Shown: positions 26,693 through 35,279, numbered from the stretch's first letter. The stretch is 39,718 nucleotides of DNA from a virus (IMGVR_UViG_3300020044_001367:1-39718), one strand, 5' to 3'. A program made the numbers and translations. Notes: generated from the letters alone by a model not told the origin.

Positions 26693-26941
26693 ATGGCATT
26701 AGATGATACTTTTAAAGACATAATTAGCAAAAGAGAGTCACGCCGTTATTCAGCGGGTTGTGCTTATCGCGCATTGTATGACTCACTAGATGAAGATGAT
26801 CAAAAAGCGCTAGATAACGCATGGGCAAAACATTATCCAGTCAATTTAATTGTTCAGGCTTTGCGGGCAAATGGACTTAAAGCAAGTTCCGACACAATTA
26901 GATTGCATCAAAATGGTACTTGTAGATGTCCAAAAGAGTAA
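26693..26941 (+). CDS. Small HTH-like hypothetical protein
   Basis: ATG 26693 after AGGAGG; I..ALR..G...S..TI..H..G.C.C pattern. Confidence 0.6.
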   Translation: MALDDTFKDIISKRESRRYSAGCAYRALYDSLDEDDQKALDNAWAKHYPVNLIVQALRANGLKASSDTIRLHQNGTCRCPKE

Positions 26942-27183
26942 AAGAAGTTCTTGATGACCGCCAAAATGAGTACGGAAGCGCTCGCAATAATTTTACAGCA
27001 ATAGGCCGCATGTGGGGTGCGCTTTTAGCCATTGAAGATATTGAACCTGAAATAGTGGCTCTAATGTTTGATGCCGCTAAATCGGTACGCATTGTGGCTA
27101 ACCCCCAACATGAGGACTCATGGATAGATAAAGAAGGCTACATACACCACGGCAAACAGATTGTGTTTACTAATGAGCCTTAA
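26926..27183 (+). CDS. DUF6378-family protein (all-alpha NTP pyrophosphohydrolase-like)
   Basis: DRQNEYG...NF..I..MW...K..R...H.DSWID..GY signature. Confidence 0.75.
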   Translation: MSKRVKEVLDDRQNEYGSARNNFTAIGRMWGALLAIEDIEPEIVALMFDAAKSVRIVANPQHEDSWIDKEGYIHHGKQIVFTNEP

Positions 27184-28207
27184 AAAAACTTTTGAAGAAA
27201 TGCCTGAAGGCGTTGAGTCATCAGATGTAAAAGAATTACGCCAGGCAATGTTGCGTTTACAAAAACAATTAAAACAATCAAAAGAACGCAATGAAGATTT
27301 AGTGTTTGCTACACGGCAAGCGGCTTATGATGCCATGCTCACATTTGGCAAAGTTGATCCAGTGCCAACAGTTAATATTGATAAGCGTAAAGCAAAAGGT
27401 GAAGTGGCTTTATGGCACATGACCGACTGGCAAGGCGCTAAGAAAACAGCCAGTTACAATTCTGAAGTAATGCGCAAGCGCGTTTTAGAATTTGCGGAGA
27501 AAGCAGTACGCATTACAGACATTCAACGCGCTGATCACCCTGTAAAAGAAGTTGTTATTGCTTTTGGTGGTGACATGGTTGAAGGTTTGTTTAATTTTCC
27601 GTCACAAGCCTTTGAAATTGACAGCACATTATTTGAGCAATATGTAAATGTAAGCCGCTTGTGTGTTGATGTAGTCAGATTTGCATTAGCCAATTATGAA
27701 AAAGTTACGGTAGTACCTGAATGGGGAAACCACGGGCGTATTGGATCTAAGCGCGACAATGTTCCGCGTTCAGATAACTTTGACCGTATGTGTTATGAAC
27801 TTGCCCACCAACTTCTTAGCGGAGAAAAGCGGTTGGTGTGGCAAGACTGCCCTGAAGATATTCAGCGCATTGAAATTGGCGCTTACAGAGCGCTATTAAT
27901 TCATGGAGATGAAGTGGGCCGTAATGGTTTTGCTTCTCCTGGCGCAATTGTTCAACACGCTAACCGCTGGCGTTCAGGTTCTTACCCGTGGGAATTCCGT
28001 GATGTTTACATTGGGCATTACCACACGCATGCTGAATGGGCTATGGCTAACGGTTTGGGATCTGTTTATCAAACTGGTTCTACTGAGTCAGATAATCGTT
28101 ACGCGGGTGTCATGTTGGCGGCAAGTGCTACACCGTCACAGCGTTTGCATTTTATTGACCCTGTTAAGGGGCGCGTAACAGCCGCTTACAAAGTTTGGTT
28201 AGATTAA
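27173..28207 (+). CDS. Calcineurin-like metallophosphoesterase with N-terminal coiled coil
   Basis: TDWQ, GGDMVEG, GNHG, HGD and GHYH motifs. Confidence 0.85.
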   Translation: MSLKKTFEEMPEGVESSDVKELRQAMLRLQKQLKQSKERNEDLVFATRQAAYDAMLTFGKVDPVPTVNIDKRKAKGEVALWHMTDWQGAKKTASYNSEVMRKRVLEFAEKAVRITDIQRADHPVKEVVIAFGGDMVEGLFNFPSQAFEIDSTLFEQYVNVSRLCVDVVRFALANYEKVTVVPEWGNHGRIGSKRDNVPRSDNFDRMCYELAHQLLSGEKRLVWQDCPEDIQRIEIGAYRALLIHGDEVGRNGFASPGAIVQHANRWRSGSYPWEFRDVYIGHYHTHAEWAMANGLGSVYQTGSTESDNRYAGVMLAASATPSQRLHFIDPVKGRVTAAYKVWLD

Positions 28208-28293
28208 ACAGGACTATCTAAAACAGCATCAACAGCGTCATCAATGTTGCGCGCTGCATGTTCAGATGCACAATTTCCGCAATCCTTACACAT
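28204..28293 (-). CDS. 29-aa Cys-rich peptide (not in ORF track)
   Basis: MCKDCGNCASEHAARNIDDAVDAVLDSPV*; TAATG coupling with the upstream minus-strand gene. Confidence 0.5.
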   Translation of the reverse strand: MCKDCGNCASEHAARNIDDAVDAVLDSPV

Positions 28294-28502
28294 TAATCAT
28301 CATCATCATTATCTGAATACTCAGAAGTTATTAACCGCATGTCAGAAACATCAATGCCATTTTCTGTTGCTTTGTTCATGGCTTCATTAAAAGTAAAAAG
28401 GCAACGGCCTGTTAAGTCGCTAACCATGTCAGGGTACTGGGCTTCTGTACCCAACTCAACAACCAGCCCGCCCAACCGTATTGAAACTTGTGAATAAGCC
28501 AT
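28293..28502 (-). CDS. Small acidic hypothetical protein
   Basis: Start MAYSQV at 28502 with GGAGG RBS; ends SDNDDDD. Confidence 0.65.
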   Translation of the reverse strand: MAYSQVSIRLGGLVVELGTEAQYPDMVSDLTGRCLFTFNEAMNKATENGIDVSDMRLITSEYSDNDDDD

Positions 28503-28628
28503 GTTTCCTCCTGGCCTCTTATTATGCCACGCCACGCCGATAAATTACGGGGTGCTTGTATTTGTCAGCCTCATAGTGTTCAATCCTCCTTACACGGGCT
28601 AGTTAGCCCCAAACAGGAAGGCAAGGCA

Positions 28629-28823
28629 ATGGCTACAAAGTTGATAGACGCAGAAACAGGGCTAGAAATTACAGGCCAAATCAAGATGATTTTTGTCTGT
28701 GACATGTGCGGCAATACAGCCGATTTTTACCACGGCATGACTACCTACGCAAAAACCGTTGGCACAACAATTACAAGAGAAAGTTATTGTTCTGAAATTT
28801 GTGCAAGAAAGGCGGTTGCATAA
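28629..28823 (+). CDS. Small Zn-finger protein
   Basis: Start MATKL after AGGAAGG; CDMC...CSEIC. Confidence 0.6.
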   Translation: MATKLIDAETGLEITGQIKMIFVCDMCGNTADFYHGMTTYAKTVGTTITRESYCSEICARKAVA

Positions 28824-28997
28824 ATGTCATGCACATTATGCGATAACAAAAGTTATCTAGGAATCACATTATTAAACAGCAAGTTTGTTTGTTTTAGTTG
28901 CATACTTGAAATTAAAAAGTTTAAGCAACATGCGCCTAATCCGTATCAATCAGTTGATAACGCATTAGATTATTTTCCAATGATAGGAGCAAAATAA
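28824..28997 (+). CDS. 57-aa Zn-finger protein (not in ORF track)
   Basis: MSCTLC...VCFSCILEIK...; abuts both neighbours exactly. Confidence 0.6.
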   Translation: MSCTLCDNKSYLGITLLNSKFVCFSCILEIKKFKQHAPNPYQSVDNALDYFPMIGAK

Positions 28998-29588
28998 ATG
29001 GCTAATTACAAAGGCCCATTAGATTACATTGATGTTGCAACACGCATTGTTGAATTCCGTGAAAAGTATCCAACAGGTTCATTGCAACCCTGGAAAGATC
29101 CGTATGTACTCGAAGTAAGAATTACAGAAACATCATTCAAGTCATTTATGGTTTACAGCGCCGCGGCATACCGTTCACCTGATGATCAGTTGCCTGGCGT
29201 GGGTTATGCCTATGAACCAATTCCAGGGCCAACCAATTTTACTCGTGACTCTGAATTGCAAAATGCAGAAACAGCGGCATGGGGTAGAGCAATGGTTGCC
29301 GCTCTTGCGGTTGATACCAAAAAAGGTATTGCATCATCTGAAGAAGTTCGCAACCGTCAAACAAAAACGGTTGATGCGCCACAAGCCAAAGCACCAGCCG
29401 CAAAGCGTGAATACACAGAAGAAGAAAAAGCAAGCGCGTTTGCAGTTTTTAGTTTGGTAGAAACACATTCTGATGTTGAAGAATTAAAAGCCGCATGGCA
29501 ATTAAATTTGGATCTTCTTGATGTTGTGGTTGAAGGCGCTACTTTGCGTGATCACATTTTGGCTCGCAAGGAAGCCCTTAATGGATAA
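28998..29588 (+). CDS. Putative single-strand annealing protein (Rad52-like fold)
   Basis: Y..VA.RI..FR..YP.G and NAETAAWGRA motifs; located in the recombination module with a Cas4-like nuclease. Confidence 0.55.
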   Translation: MANYKGPLDYIDVATRIVEFREKYPTGSLQPWKDPYVLEVRITETSFKSFMVYSAAAYRSPDDQLPGVGYAYEPIPGPTNFTRDSELQNAETAAWGRAMVAALAVDTKKGIASSEEVRNRQTKTVDAPQAKAPAAKREYTEEEKASAFAVFSLVETHSDVEELKAAWQLNLDLLDVVVEGATLRDHILARKEALNG

Positions 29589-29886
29589 CAAAGTAATCAT
29601 TGCTCACAACGCGCAACGCACATCAATAGCCGCTGCTGAAAGAGCGCTACCTAGAACTGGTTCAATGCGCCGTAAAGTCTATGAGTTTATTTTAAACCAG
29701 GGATTGCGCGGCGCTACGGATCAGGAAATTGAAAAAACATTACACATTGAAGGCAATACAGTGCGCCCAACCAGGATTAGCCTTGTAAAAGATGGCTACA
29801 TAATGGATACGGGTACAACAAGAAAAAACCAATACAACAATGACTGCATAGTTTGGCGAGCAGTAGAAGAAGGAATGATGCTATGA
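29581..29886 (+). CDS. Winged-helix DNA-binding protein
   Basis: GATDQEIE..L....NTVRPTR..L...G.I.DTG.TR motif; start MDNKV. Confidence 0.7.
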   Translation: MDNKVIIAHNAQRTSIAAAERALPRTGSMRRKVYEFILNQGLRGATDQEIEKTLHIEGNTVRPTRISLVKDGYIMDTGTTRKNQYNNDCIVWRAVEEGMML

Positions 29887-30155
29887 GTAATAAAGATAAT
29901 AAATTTAAACCTGATGCTGGTTTTGTTGTAGCGGTACATCAAAACATGGTTGGCATTAGAGCAGTTGCTTCAGCGTTAGATATTTTTCCTGAAGTGTTAG
30001 CAGAAGCAATGTCAGAAATGGGTTTTCAATTGATTGCTGACCCATTTAATTTGTCATCTGATGCGGGCAAGGTAATTAAATTACAGGAACGCCATGCCAA
30101 TGAGGGATTAAAAGTTGTACAAGATCCTGTACAGGAGGAAACAGCCAGTGAATGA
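29883..30155 (+). CDS. Hypothetical protein
   Basis: Start MSNKD with ATGA overlap. Confidence 0.55.
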   Translation: MSNKDNKFKPDAGFVVAVHQNMVGIRAVASALDIFPEVLAEAMSEMGFQLIADPFNLSSDAGKVIKLQERHANEGLKVVQDPVQEETASE

Positions 30156-30516
30156 CATTGTTACGCCCGCCATGGTGGAGCAAAAATTACGCGGGCTTTC
30201 CAAAGAAGTTGATGAAGCGCACAAATTGTTAATTGAAATTGAAAGCGTTTACCACAATGTGAAGGCTGAGTATGAAATTTCTATGGCTAGGGCAAGAATA
30301 ACTTTGGCTATGAAATCATCACCGACAGGAAAAAATTACACAGTTGGAGAACGGGAAGATATGGCTTTGATTGAAAACGCTGATCTACACAAAGATTTGG
30401 CTATTGCTCAAGCAAAAGTTTTGGCTTCACGCGCTAACACAAACAGACTTAAAACACAGGTAGAAATTGCCCGCTCAGTTGGAACTTCAGTGCGCACCAG
30501 TATGGATTTAACATGA
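30148..30516 (+). CDS. Coiled-coil protein (possibly UvsY-like recombination mediator)
   Basis: GTG start after AGGAGG; all-helical sequence; the function is a weak inference. Confidence 0.45.
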   Translation: MNDIVTPAMVEQKLRGLSKEVDEAHKLLIEIESVYHNVKAEYEISMARARITLAMKSSPTGKNYTVGEREDMALIENADLHKDLAIAQAKVLASRANTNRLKTQVEIARSVGTSVRTSMDLT

Positions 30517-30680
30517 TCTATACATTTATTTTGGGTTTATTTTTGGGATATTGGATTTATCCAGCGCGCATGTTTTGGAAATTACACAAAATAAATAAAT
30601 TACTAACTGAAGTTGAATTGCAACACATGAAGATGAAGGAAGAACTTGAAGGCAAGCAATGGAATGAGGACAATTTATGA
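30513..30680 (+). CDS. 55-aa membrane-anchored protein (not in ORF track)
   Basis: MIYTFILGLFLGYWIYP...; ATGA overlaps at both ends. Confidence 0.6.
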   Translation: MIYTFILGLFLGYWIYPARMFWKLHKINKLLTEVELQHMKMKEELEGKQWNEDNL

Positions 30681-31348
30681 TTGATTTACAGGACATGATC
30701 ACAAAAACCCTGGTTACAAATGACAATGCCAGGGCGCGTTCTCAACAAGTTGCTATTGGGCCATCAGCAATAGGTGGTTGCCAGCGTAGGCTTTGGCATG
30801 ATCTTGCAATGACAAAGCCAACAAATGATGGCGATAAGTTGGGCGCAATTTTGGGAACTTTTATCCATACAGGAATTGAAGATGCAATACGCCGTCAAGA
30901 TCCTTTTGGCGTTCAGTATGAATTAGAAATTGCTGTTGAGGCTGATGGCGTTCCTGGCAATGTTGATTGCTATGACAAAATCAATCAAATAGTTATTGAC
31001 TGGAAAACCATAAAAAAGGGTAGCGGGCGTTATTTTGGGCAGAACAACCGTCAGCAAGTTTGGCAAGTTCACCTTTACGGCTATCTATTAATCAAAAATG
31101 GTTACACAGTCAAAGAAGTTGCGCTTGTTGGTATTCCGCGTGACGGAAAAATGAAAGACATTTTGGTTTACCGTCAGCCTTATGATGAAAGCCTTGCGCT
31201 CGAAGCGCTTGCACATTTAGAAAAAACAAAAGACATGGTTGAAGCCAACACAAAACCTGCCCCTGAAAAACCGTTGGCTTTTTGTGCCGATTTTTGTCCT
31301 TACTACGATCCGACAGGGGAAAAAGGTTGCCCAAGTATTCAGAAGTAA
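30677..31348 (+). CDS. Cas4-like PD-(D/E)xK exonuclease
   Basis: GPSAIGGCQR, GT.IH, G.VD...IDWKT, Q..LY and C..FCPY...C (Fe-S-type Cys). Confidence 0.85.
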   Translation: MIDLQDMITKTLVTNDNARARSQQVAIGPSAIGGCQRRLWHDLAMTKPTNDGDKLGAILGTFIHTGIEDAIRRQDPFGVQYELEIAVEADGVPGNVDCYDKINQIVIDWKTIKKGSGRYFGQNNRQQVWQVHLYGYLLIKNGYTVKEVALVGIPRDGKMKDILVYRQPYDESLALEALAHLEKTKDMVEANTKPAPEKPLAFCADFCPYYDPTGEKGCPSIQK

Positions 31349-31671
31349 ATTGGGAAGATGCGGAATGTAAGCGTTTAGAAATTTATACAGATCTTTTTTA
31401 TGACATAGAAGAAGAAAGATCTGTAAATGCTTACGATCACATCAACTCAGTACGGAGAGTTTGTGTTTCTTGTCCTATTTGGAAAGAATGTTTGACCTAC
31501 GCATTTAAACATGAAGATTACGGAATGTGGGGCGGCATGACTAGCCAGGAAAGAGCAAGCCTGGATAATCCTTTGAAGTACCCAAACCAACGCGTAAGAG
31601 GATTTTGGGCTTTGAAACAAATGGGAATTACATTTGAACAAATTATGGAGTGCAAGAGGGAGGCAGAATGA
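31327..31671 (+). CDS. whiB: WhiB-family transcription factor
   Basis: W..AEC....DLFY...VCVSCPI..EC..YA....GMWGG: four Cys plus the G[IVM]WGG turn. Start is uncertain (TTG 31327 or ATG 31282). Confidence 0.85.
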   Translation: MPKYSEVNWEDAECKRLEIYTDLFYDIEEERSVNAYDHINSVRRVCVSCPIWKECLTYAFKHEDYGMWGGMTSQERASLDNPLKYPNQRVRGFWALKQMGITFEQIMECKREAE

Positions 31672-32474
31672 CTTCACTACCGTACATGCAGTTGTATGTT
31701 TCAGATTACCTGGCAGATACAGCGCATTTAACAGCGCAACAACACGGTGCTTACATGTTGCTTTTAATGAATTACTGGCAACGCGGAAAAGCGTTAGATA
31801 ACAGCAATGAACGGCTTTCACATGTTGCGCGTTTAAGCCCTCAAGATTGGGCAGACGCAAAACCGATATTGGAAGAATTTTTCATGGTTGATGGCAATGT
31901 GTGGAGTCATGCCAGGGTTGAAGATGATCTTGCAAAGATCCGTGAGAAGTCTGCCAAAGCATCATTTGCGGGTAAAAGATCATCTGTTGCAAGAGCAAGC
32001 AACGGGCGTTCAACAGATGTTCAACAATCGTTTAACCATAAAGAGGAAGATAAAGAGGAAGAAGAAGATAAAGACAATAAACAAACATTTGATGTTTTTT
32101 GGAAAATTTATCCTTTGAAGGTAGGAAAAGGCGCGGCTATAAAAGCATTTGAAAAAGCAAGCCGTAGCACTGACATTGAAGTAATCATTAAAGGCGCTCA
32201 AAGGTATCTCTCAGACCCGAACAGAAGCCAGGCATACACAGCACACCCCGCCACCTGGTTAAACGCTCAGCGGTGGCTTGATGACCCTTTACCGCAAAGG
32301 GTTCTTTCTCCAGATGAAAAGAAAGAAAAAGAATTACAGGAAGCGCGAGCAAAAACGGAAAGAGAACGGGAGGCAACAGCAGAATGGTTCAAACAGGTAG
32401 AAGAACAACAACAAAAAGCCGTTCCCGTACCACAAGAGTTACGAGATCTTATGAAAAAGATTTCTACAAAATAA
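31668..32474 (+). CDS. YdaU/DUF1376-family replication initiator-like protein
   Basis: YMQLYVSDYLADT.HL...HGAY.LLL..YW N-domain; F..FW..YP.KVGK..A...HPATWLN..RW.D C-domain. Confidence 0.8.
   Translation: MTSLPYMQLYVSDYLADTAHLTAQQHGAYMLLLMNYWQRGKALDNSNERLSHVARLSPQDWADAKPILEEFFMVDGNVWSHARVEDDLAKIREKSAKASFAGKRSSVARASNGRSTDVQQSFNHKEEDKEEEEDKDNKQTFDVFWKIYPLKVGKGAAIKAFEKASRSTDIEVIIKGAQRYLSDPNRSQAYTAHPATWLNAQRWLDDPLPQRVLSPDEKKEKELQEARAKTEREREATAEWFKQVEEQQQKAVPVPQELRDLMKKISTK
32008..32080 (+). repeat. Iteron-like repeats inside the replication initiator gene (candidate origin)
   Basis: GTTCAACA at 32008 and 32019, GTTTAACC at 32030 (11-bp phasing), then ATAAAGAGGAAGA x2 in a purine-rich tract. Confidence 0.5.
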
Positions 32475-32488
32475 CTCAAACTTTATCT

Positions 32489-32518
32489 GTAACTGTTACC
32501 ATTGATGTAACCGTTACA
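32489..32518. promoter_or_regulatory. Tandem palindromic operator-like sites
   Basis: GTAACTGTTAC (32489-32499) and GTAACCGTTAC (32507-32517), intergenic. Confidence 0.6.
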
Positions 32519-32527
32519 GGAGGAACT

Positions 32528-32716
32528 ATGACAAAGCATTTTATTGATCCTGCTCAAGTACAGCCAGGCGATCATGTTTTAGTTAATAATCACGATCTGA
32601 TGGTGAAGTACATTCAAGGCCCTGATCACATTGGCGTTTATGATTTTCATGGCGTTAATGAATTAGGCAAAGATCAAATTGCAACAGCGCAAGATCTGAT
32701 TACACTTTTGCGGTGA
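32528..32716 (+). CDS. Small beta-rich hypothetical protein
   Basis: Start MTKHF after AGGAGG; VQPGD motif. Confidence 0.6.
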   Translation: MTKHFIDPAQVQPGDHVLVNNHDLMVKYIQGPDHIGVYDFHGVNELGKDQIATAQDLITLLR

Positions 32717-33093
32717 TTACTTTTCAAGTTGATGGTCAGCCCGTTCCTCAAGGGTCAATGAAGGTCATCAACGGGCATGTCATTCATGCCAAAGGTTCTG
32801 AATTAGCCGCGTGGCGCTCAGCCATTGCTTTGCGGGCAAAAGCGGCAGGGGCAAAACCACACAATGAACCCGTGGAAATGGAAATGATTTTCACAATGAT
32901 GCGCCCGCGCACTGTAACCCGCCCTGAGCCTTCCGTAGCCCCTGACCTGGACAAACTGGTGCGGGCAGTCCTAGACGGCCTCACAGCCATTGCCTACCGT
33001 GATGACGGGCAAGTAGTACGCCTGACGGCTACAAAGCAATACGGGCTTGAGCCTGGCCTTTGGGTTCAAATGTGGGCATTAATGCCGCGCTAA
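32713..33093 (+). CDS. rusA: RusA-family Holliday junction resolvase
   Basis: G.PVPQGS, PDLDKLVRAVLDGL and YRDDGQV catalytic Asp motifs. Confidence 0.9.
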   Translation: MITFQVDGQPVPQGSMKVINGHVIHAKGSELAAWRSAIALRAKAAGAKPHNEPVEMEMIFTMMRPRTVTRPEPSVAPDLDKLVRAVLDGLTAIAYRDDGQVVRLTATKQYGLEPGLWVQMWALMPR

Positions 33094-33095
33094 AA

Positions 33096-33170
33096 TGTGA
33101 CAGACACCACAAAAATACTTTGAAATAAAGTGTCAAAATGTTTGACACAAGCATGAATTTGCCGTAATTT
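33096..33170 (+). promoter_or_regulatory. Strong SigA-type promoter with operator and CRP-like box
   Basis: TTGACA (33142-33147)-17 nt-TAATTT (33165-33170); inverted repeat GTGTCAAA-ATG-TTTGACAC (33130-33148); TGTGA-N6-CCACA (33096-33111). Confidence 0.7.
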
Positions 33171-33214
33171 ATTCCACATAAGGGAGAACCGCTCCTAAAG
33201 GAATGAGGCACAAA

Positions 33215-34081
33215 ATGTCAGTTACAAAAGAATTTGCAGTGAAGATTGATACAGAACTTGCAGAACTACATGATCAAATTTGGTCAATTAATGAAAAAAT
33301 TATGGCTTACCAGGATTACACAAAATCAACACAATCATCACGCTACATGAGTGATGCTGATAAGGCTTCACACATTGCAAAATACGCAGAAAAAATTGAT
33401 GAATTATTTGCTCAACGCACACCTTTAAAAAATCGCGTTTTTGCACTTAATGAAATTTACGCATCAGATCCCTGGACACGCGCATTTCTTGTAACTAATA
33501 CAAACGGGCATGTTCATTCTTCAATGGATTGCAATACATGCTTTGACACAACCCGTTACAACTGGTTGATCCAGTACAGCAATGATGATGAAGCGACAAT
33601 TGTGGAAGATGCTGGTCAAGATGCTTGCACTGTTTGCTATCCATCAGCACCAGCAGAAGTTCTTAACCGCCCTTCACGCATTGTTACTGCTGACAAAATC
33701 GCAAAGGCTCAAGCACAAGCAGAACGCGAAGCAAAGCGCCAGGCAAAGATTGCAAAAGCAAAAGCATCAGCGCCAACAGCATCAGGTGAGCCATTAGCAA
33801 TTCCTTCAACTTACCGTGACGGTCAGTTTGATTACATCAACACAGAACGCACTGCTGTTACTGAGTTCAAATCACAATACTGGCACTCAACACAACCAAT
33901 TGTTACTGTTTATTTTAACGGTGAGGCTCACACAGAAGAAAGCATTGCTCACCAAACAGCGCGCCGCGCAAAGGCTTTAGAAATTTGCATGATTATTGCT
34001 AACGCACTTGCTGGCAAGCATGGAGTTTCATTTGATGAAATGTGGGCAACATTAACTAAGAAAGCGAAGGTAGCGGCATAA
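33215..34081 (+). CDS. Early protein with His/Cys metal-binding motif
   Basis: GHVHSSMDC..C...ACTVCYPSAP; first gene after the strong promoter; start MSVTK preferred. Confidence 0.65.
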   Translation: MSVTKEFAVKIDTELAELHDQIWSINEKIMAYQDYTKSTQSSRYMSDADKASHIAKYAEKIDELFAQRTPLKNRVFALNEIYASDPWTRAFLVTNTNGHVHSSMDCNTCFDTTRYNWLIQYSNDDEATIVEDAGQDACTVCYPSAPAEVLNRPSRIVTADKIAKAQAQAEREAKRQAKIAKAKASAPTASGEPLAIPSTYRDGQFDYINTERTAVTEFKSQYWHSTQPIVTVYFNGEAHTEESIAHQTARRAKALEICMIIANALAGKHGVSFDEMWATLTKKAKVAA

Positions 34082-34308
34082 TGTTAATTAGAGTGGTTAC
34101 TCAAAACAACACATCAGGCAATCCACGCAGGGGTTGGGTGCATGTAGATCAAAACGGTAGTTACATTTCATTTATTGATGAAGGTTACGCAGGATCAGCA
34201 CCAATTGAAGAATACAGAAAGGCAGGTGTTGCAGAAACTATTACTTTGCACATTACGCCAAAACAATATAACGATCTAATTAAACGAGAAAGGACATGTT
34301 TAGCATGA
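34081..34308 (+). CDS. Hypothetical protein
   Basis: 75 aa, TAATG coupling. Confidence 0.6.
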   Translation: MLIRVVTQNNTSGNPRRGWVHVDQNGSYISFIDEGYAGSAPIEEYRKAGVAETITLHITPKQYNDLIKRERTCLA

Positions 34309-34475
34309 AGTTCAAAATAGAAATAACGGTTGAGTTCAGTGATTTTGTAATCCCTGACAATAAAAGTCAGTCAATGATCAATGCTTTGCAACGCGAACAA
34401 GTAATGTTTGCAGTGCAAAACAAATTGGCTCACATGAACCCACAGATCCATAATGTCTATAAGCAACGATCCTAA
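34305..34475 (+). CDS. 56-aa hypothetical protein (not in ORF track)
   Basis: MKFKIEITVEF...; GAAAGGA RBS and ATGA overlap. Confidence 0.55.
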   Translation: MKFKIEITVEFSDFVIPDNKSQSMINALQREQVMFAVQNKLAHMNPQIHNVYKQRS

Positions 34476-34543
34476 ATGCTTTTGGTGCGGCACTCAGGGG
34501 TCACCACAAAATTTTGTACTTATCTACCAACAAGAGGAAGGCA

Positions 34544-34762
34544 ATGATCTATATGAATGTGAATGGTGTGCAACAAGTGAATGGTTTAGGGGTAAGGCAA
34601 GTAAAGGCAAGAAAAGGGAAACTGACAAATAGGGGCAAAGCCGTAATTGCAATTTTGTATTTTGTAGTTTGGGGCTTGCTTTTTAATGCAACAACGCCTG
34701 ATCAATGCAAAGTTCCAGTGGAACAAATGAACCAATGGTGCATAGATTTGATTTACCCATGA
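34544..34762 (+). CDS. Small membrane protein
   Basis: KLTNRGK followed by a TM segment and a Cys pair. Confidence 0.6.
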   Translation: MIYMNVNGVQQVNGLGVRQVKARKGKLTNRGKAVIAILYFVVWGLLFNATTPDQCKVPVEQMNQWCIDLIYP

Positions 34763-34914
34763 TGACTGAAATTGCATGTGTAGATCAATGTTGGGATTGC
34801 ATTGATGTTAAAAGAACTTGTGATGCAGTGTTTGAAAGAGATTTATCAGTAAGCAAAGTTGTAACCTGTAATCAATGCAAGCATGAATACACCTATACAG
34901 AAGAAGGGCAGTGA
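34759..34914 (+). CDS. Small Zn-ribbon protein
   Basis: CWDC...CNQC; ATGA overlap. Confidence 0.55.
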   Translation: MMTEIACVDQCWDCIDVKRTCDAVFERDLSVSKVVTCNQCKHEYTYTEEGQ

Positions 34915-35153
34915 AGGCAATGGAAGGCTATCTATTTACTTTGTGTGCGCTATCAGACCGCGGCACTAATTTTGAAAAAAAGTGGGAAAAAACTTACAAC
35001 AATGCTTATGAAGCAGTAAGAGATTACATTTCTTATGTAGATTGGGGTTTTGCGGCCTACGGCAAAACAATTACGCTTACAGAACCAAATGGCAAAACTC
35101 ACACAAAAACCTTTATTAAACCTGGTGCAGAGAGTAAACTTTTAGTGTCCTAA
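34911..35153 (+). CDS. Hypothetical protein
   Basis: 80 aa, GTGA overlap. Confidence 0.55.
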   Translation: MKAMEGYLFTLCALSDRGTNFEKKWEKTYNNAYEAVRDYISYVDWGFAAYGKTITLTEPNGKTHTKTFIKPGAESKLLVS

Positions 35154-35177
35154 AAATAACCTGAAAGGGGTAAAGCA

Positions 35178-35267
35178 ATGGATAGTTTTGTAAATCGTTG
35201 TAAGTGCGGCAGTTGGATTTATGGTGATGCCGCTTGCGAAGTGTGCGGAAAGTTGGCGTTAGGCTAG
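35178..35267 (+). CDS. 29-aa Cys-rich peptide (not in ORF track)
   Basis: MDSFVNRCKCGSWIYGDAACEVCGKLALG*; GAAAGGGG RBS. Confidence 0.5.
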   Translation: MDSFVNRCKCGSWIYGDAACEVCGKLALG

Positions 35268-35279
35268 AGCCTGGAGCGT

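Noticed and set aside
30677-31348. Cas4-like gene as evidence of a CRISPR-Cas system
   Set aside because: No repeat-spacer array or other cas genes were seen; solo Cas4-like exonucleases are common in phage recombination modules.
34476-34547. 23-codon ORF and shared CACCACAAAA motif (also at 33105)
   Set aside because: Too short with no supporting features; a single 10-bp match is weak evidence.
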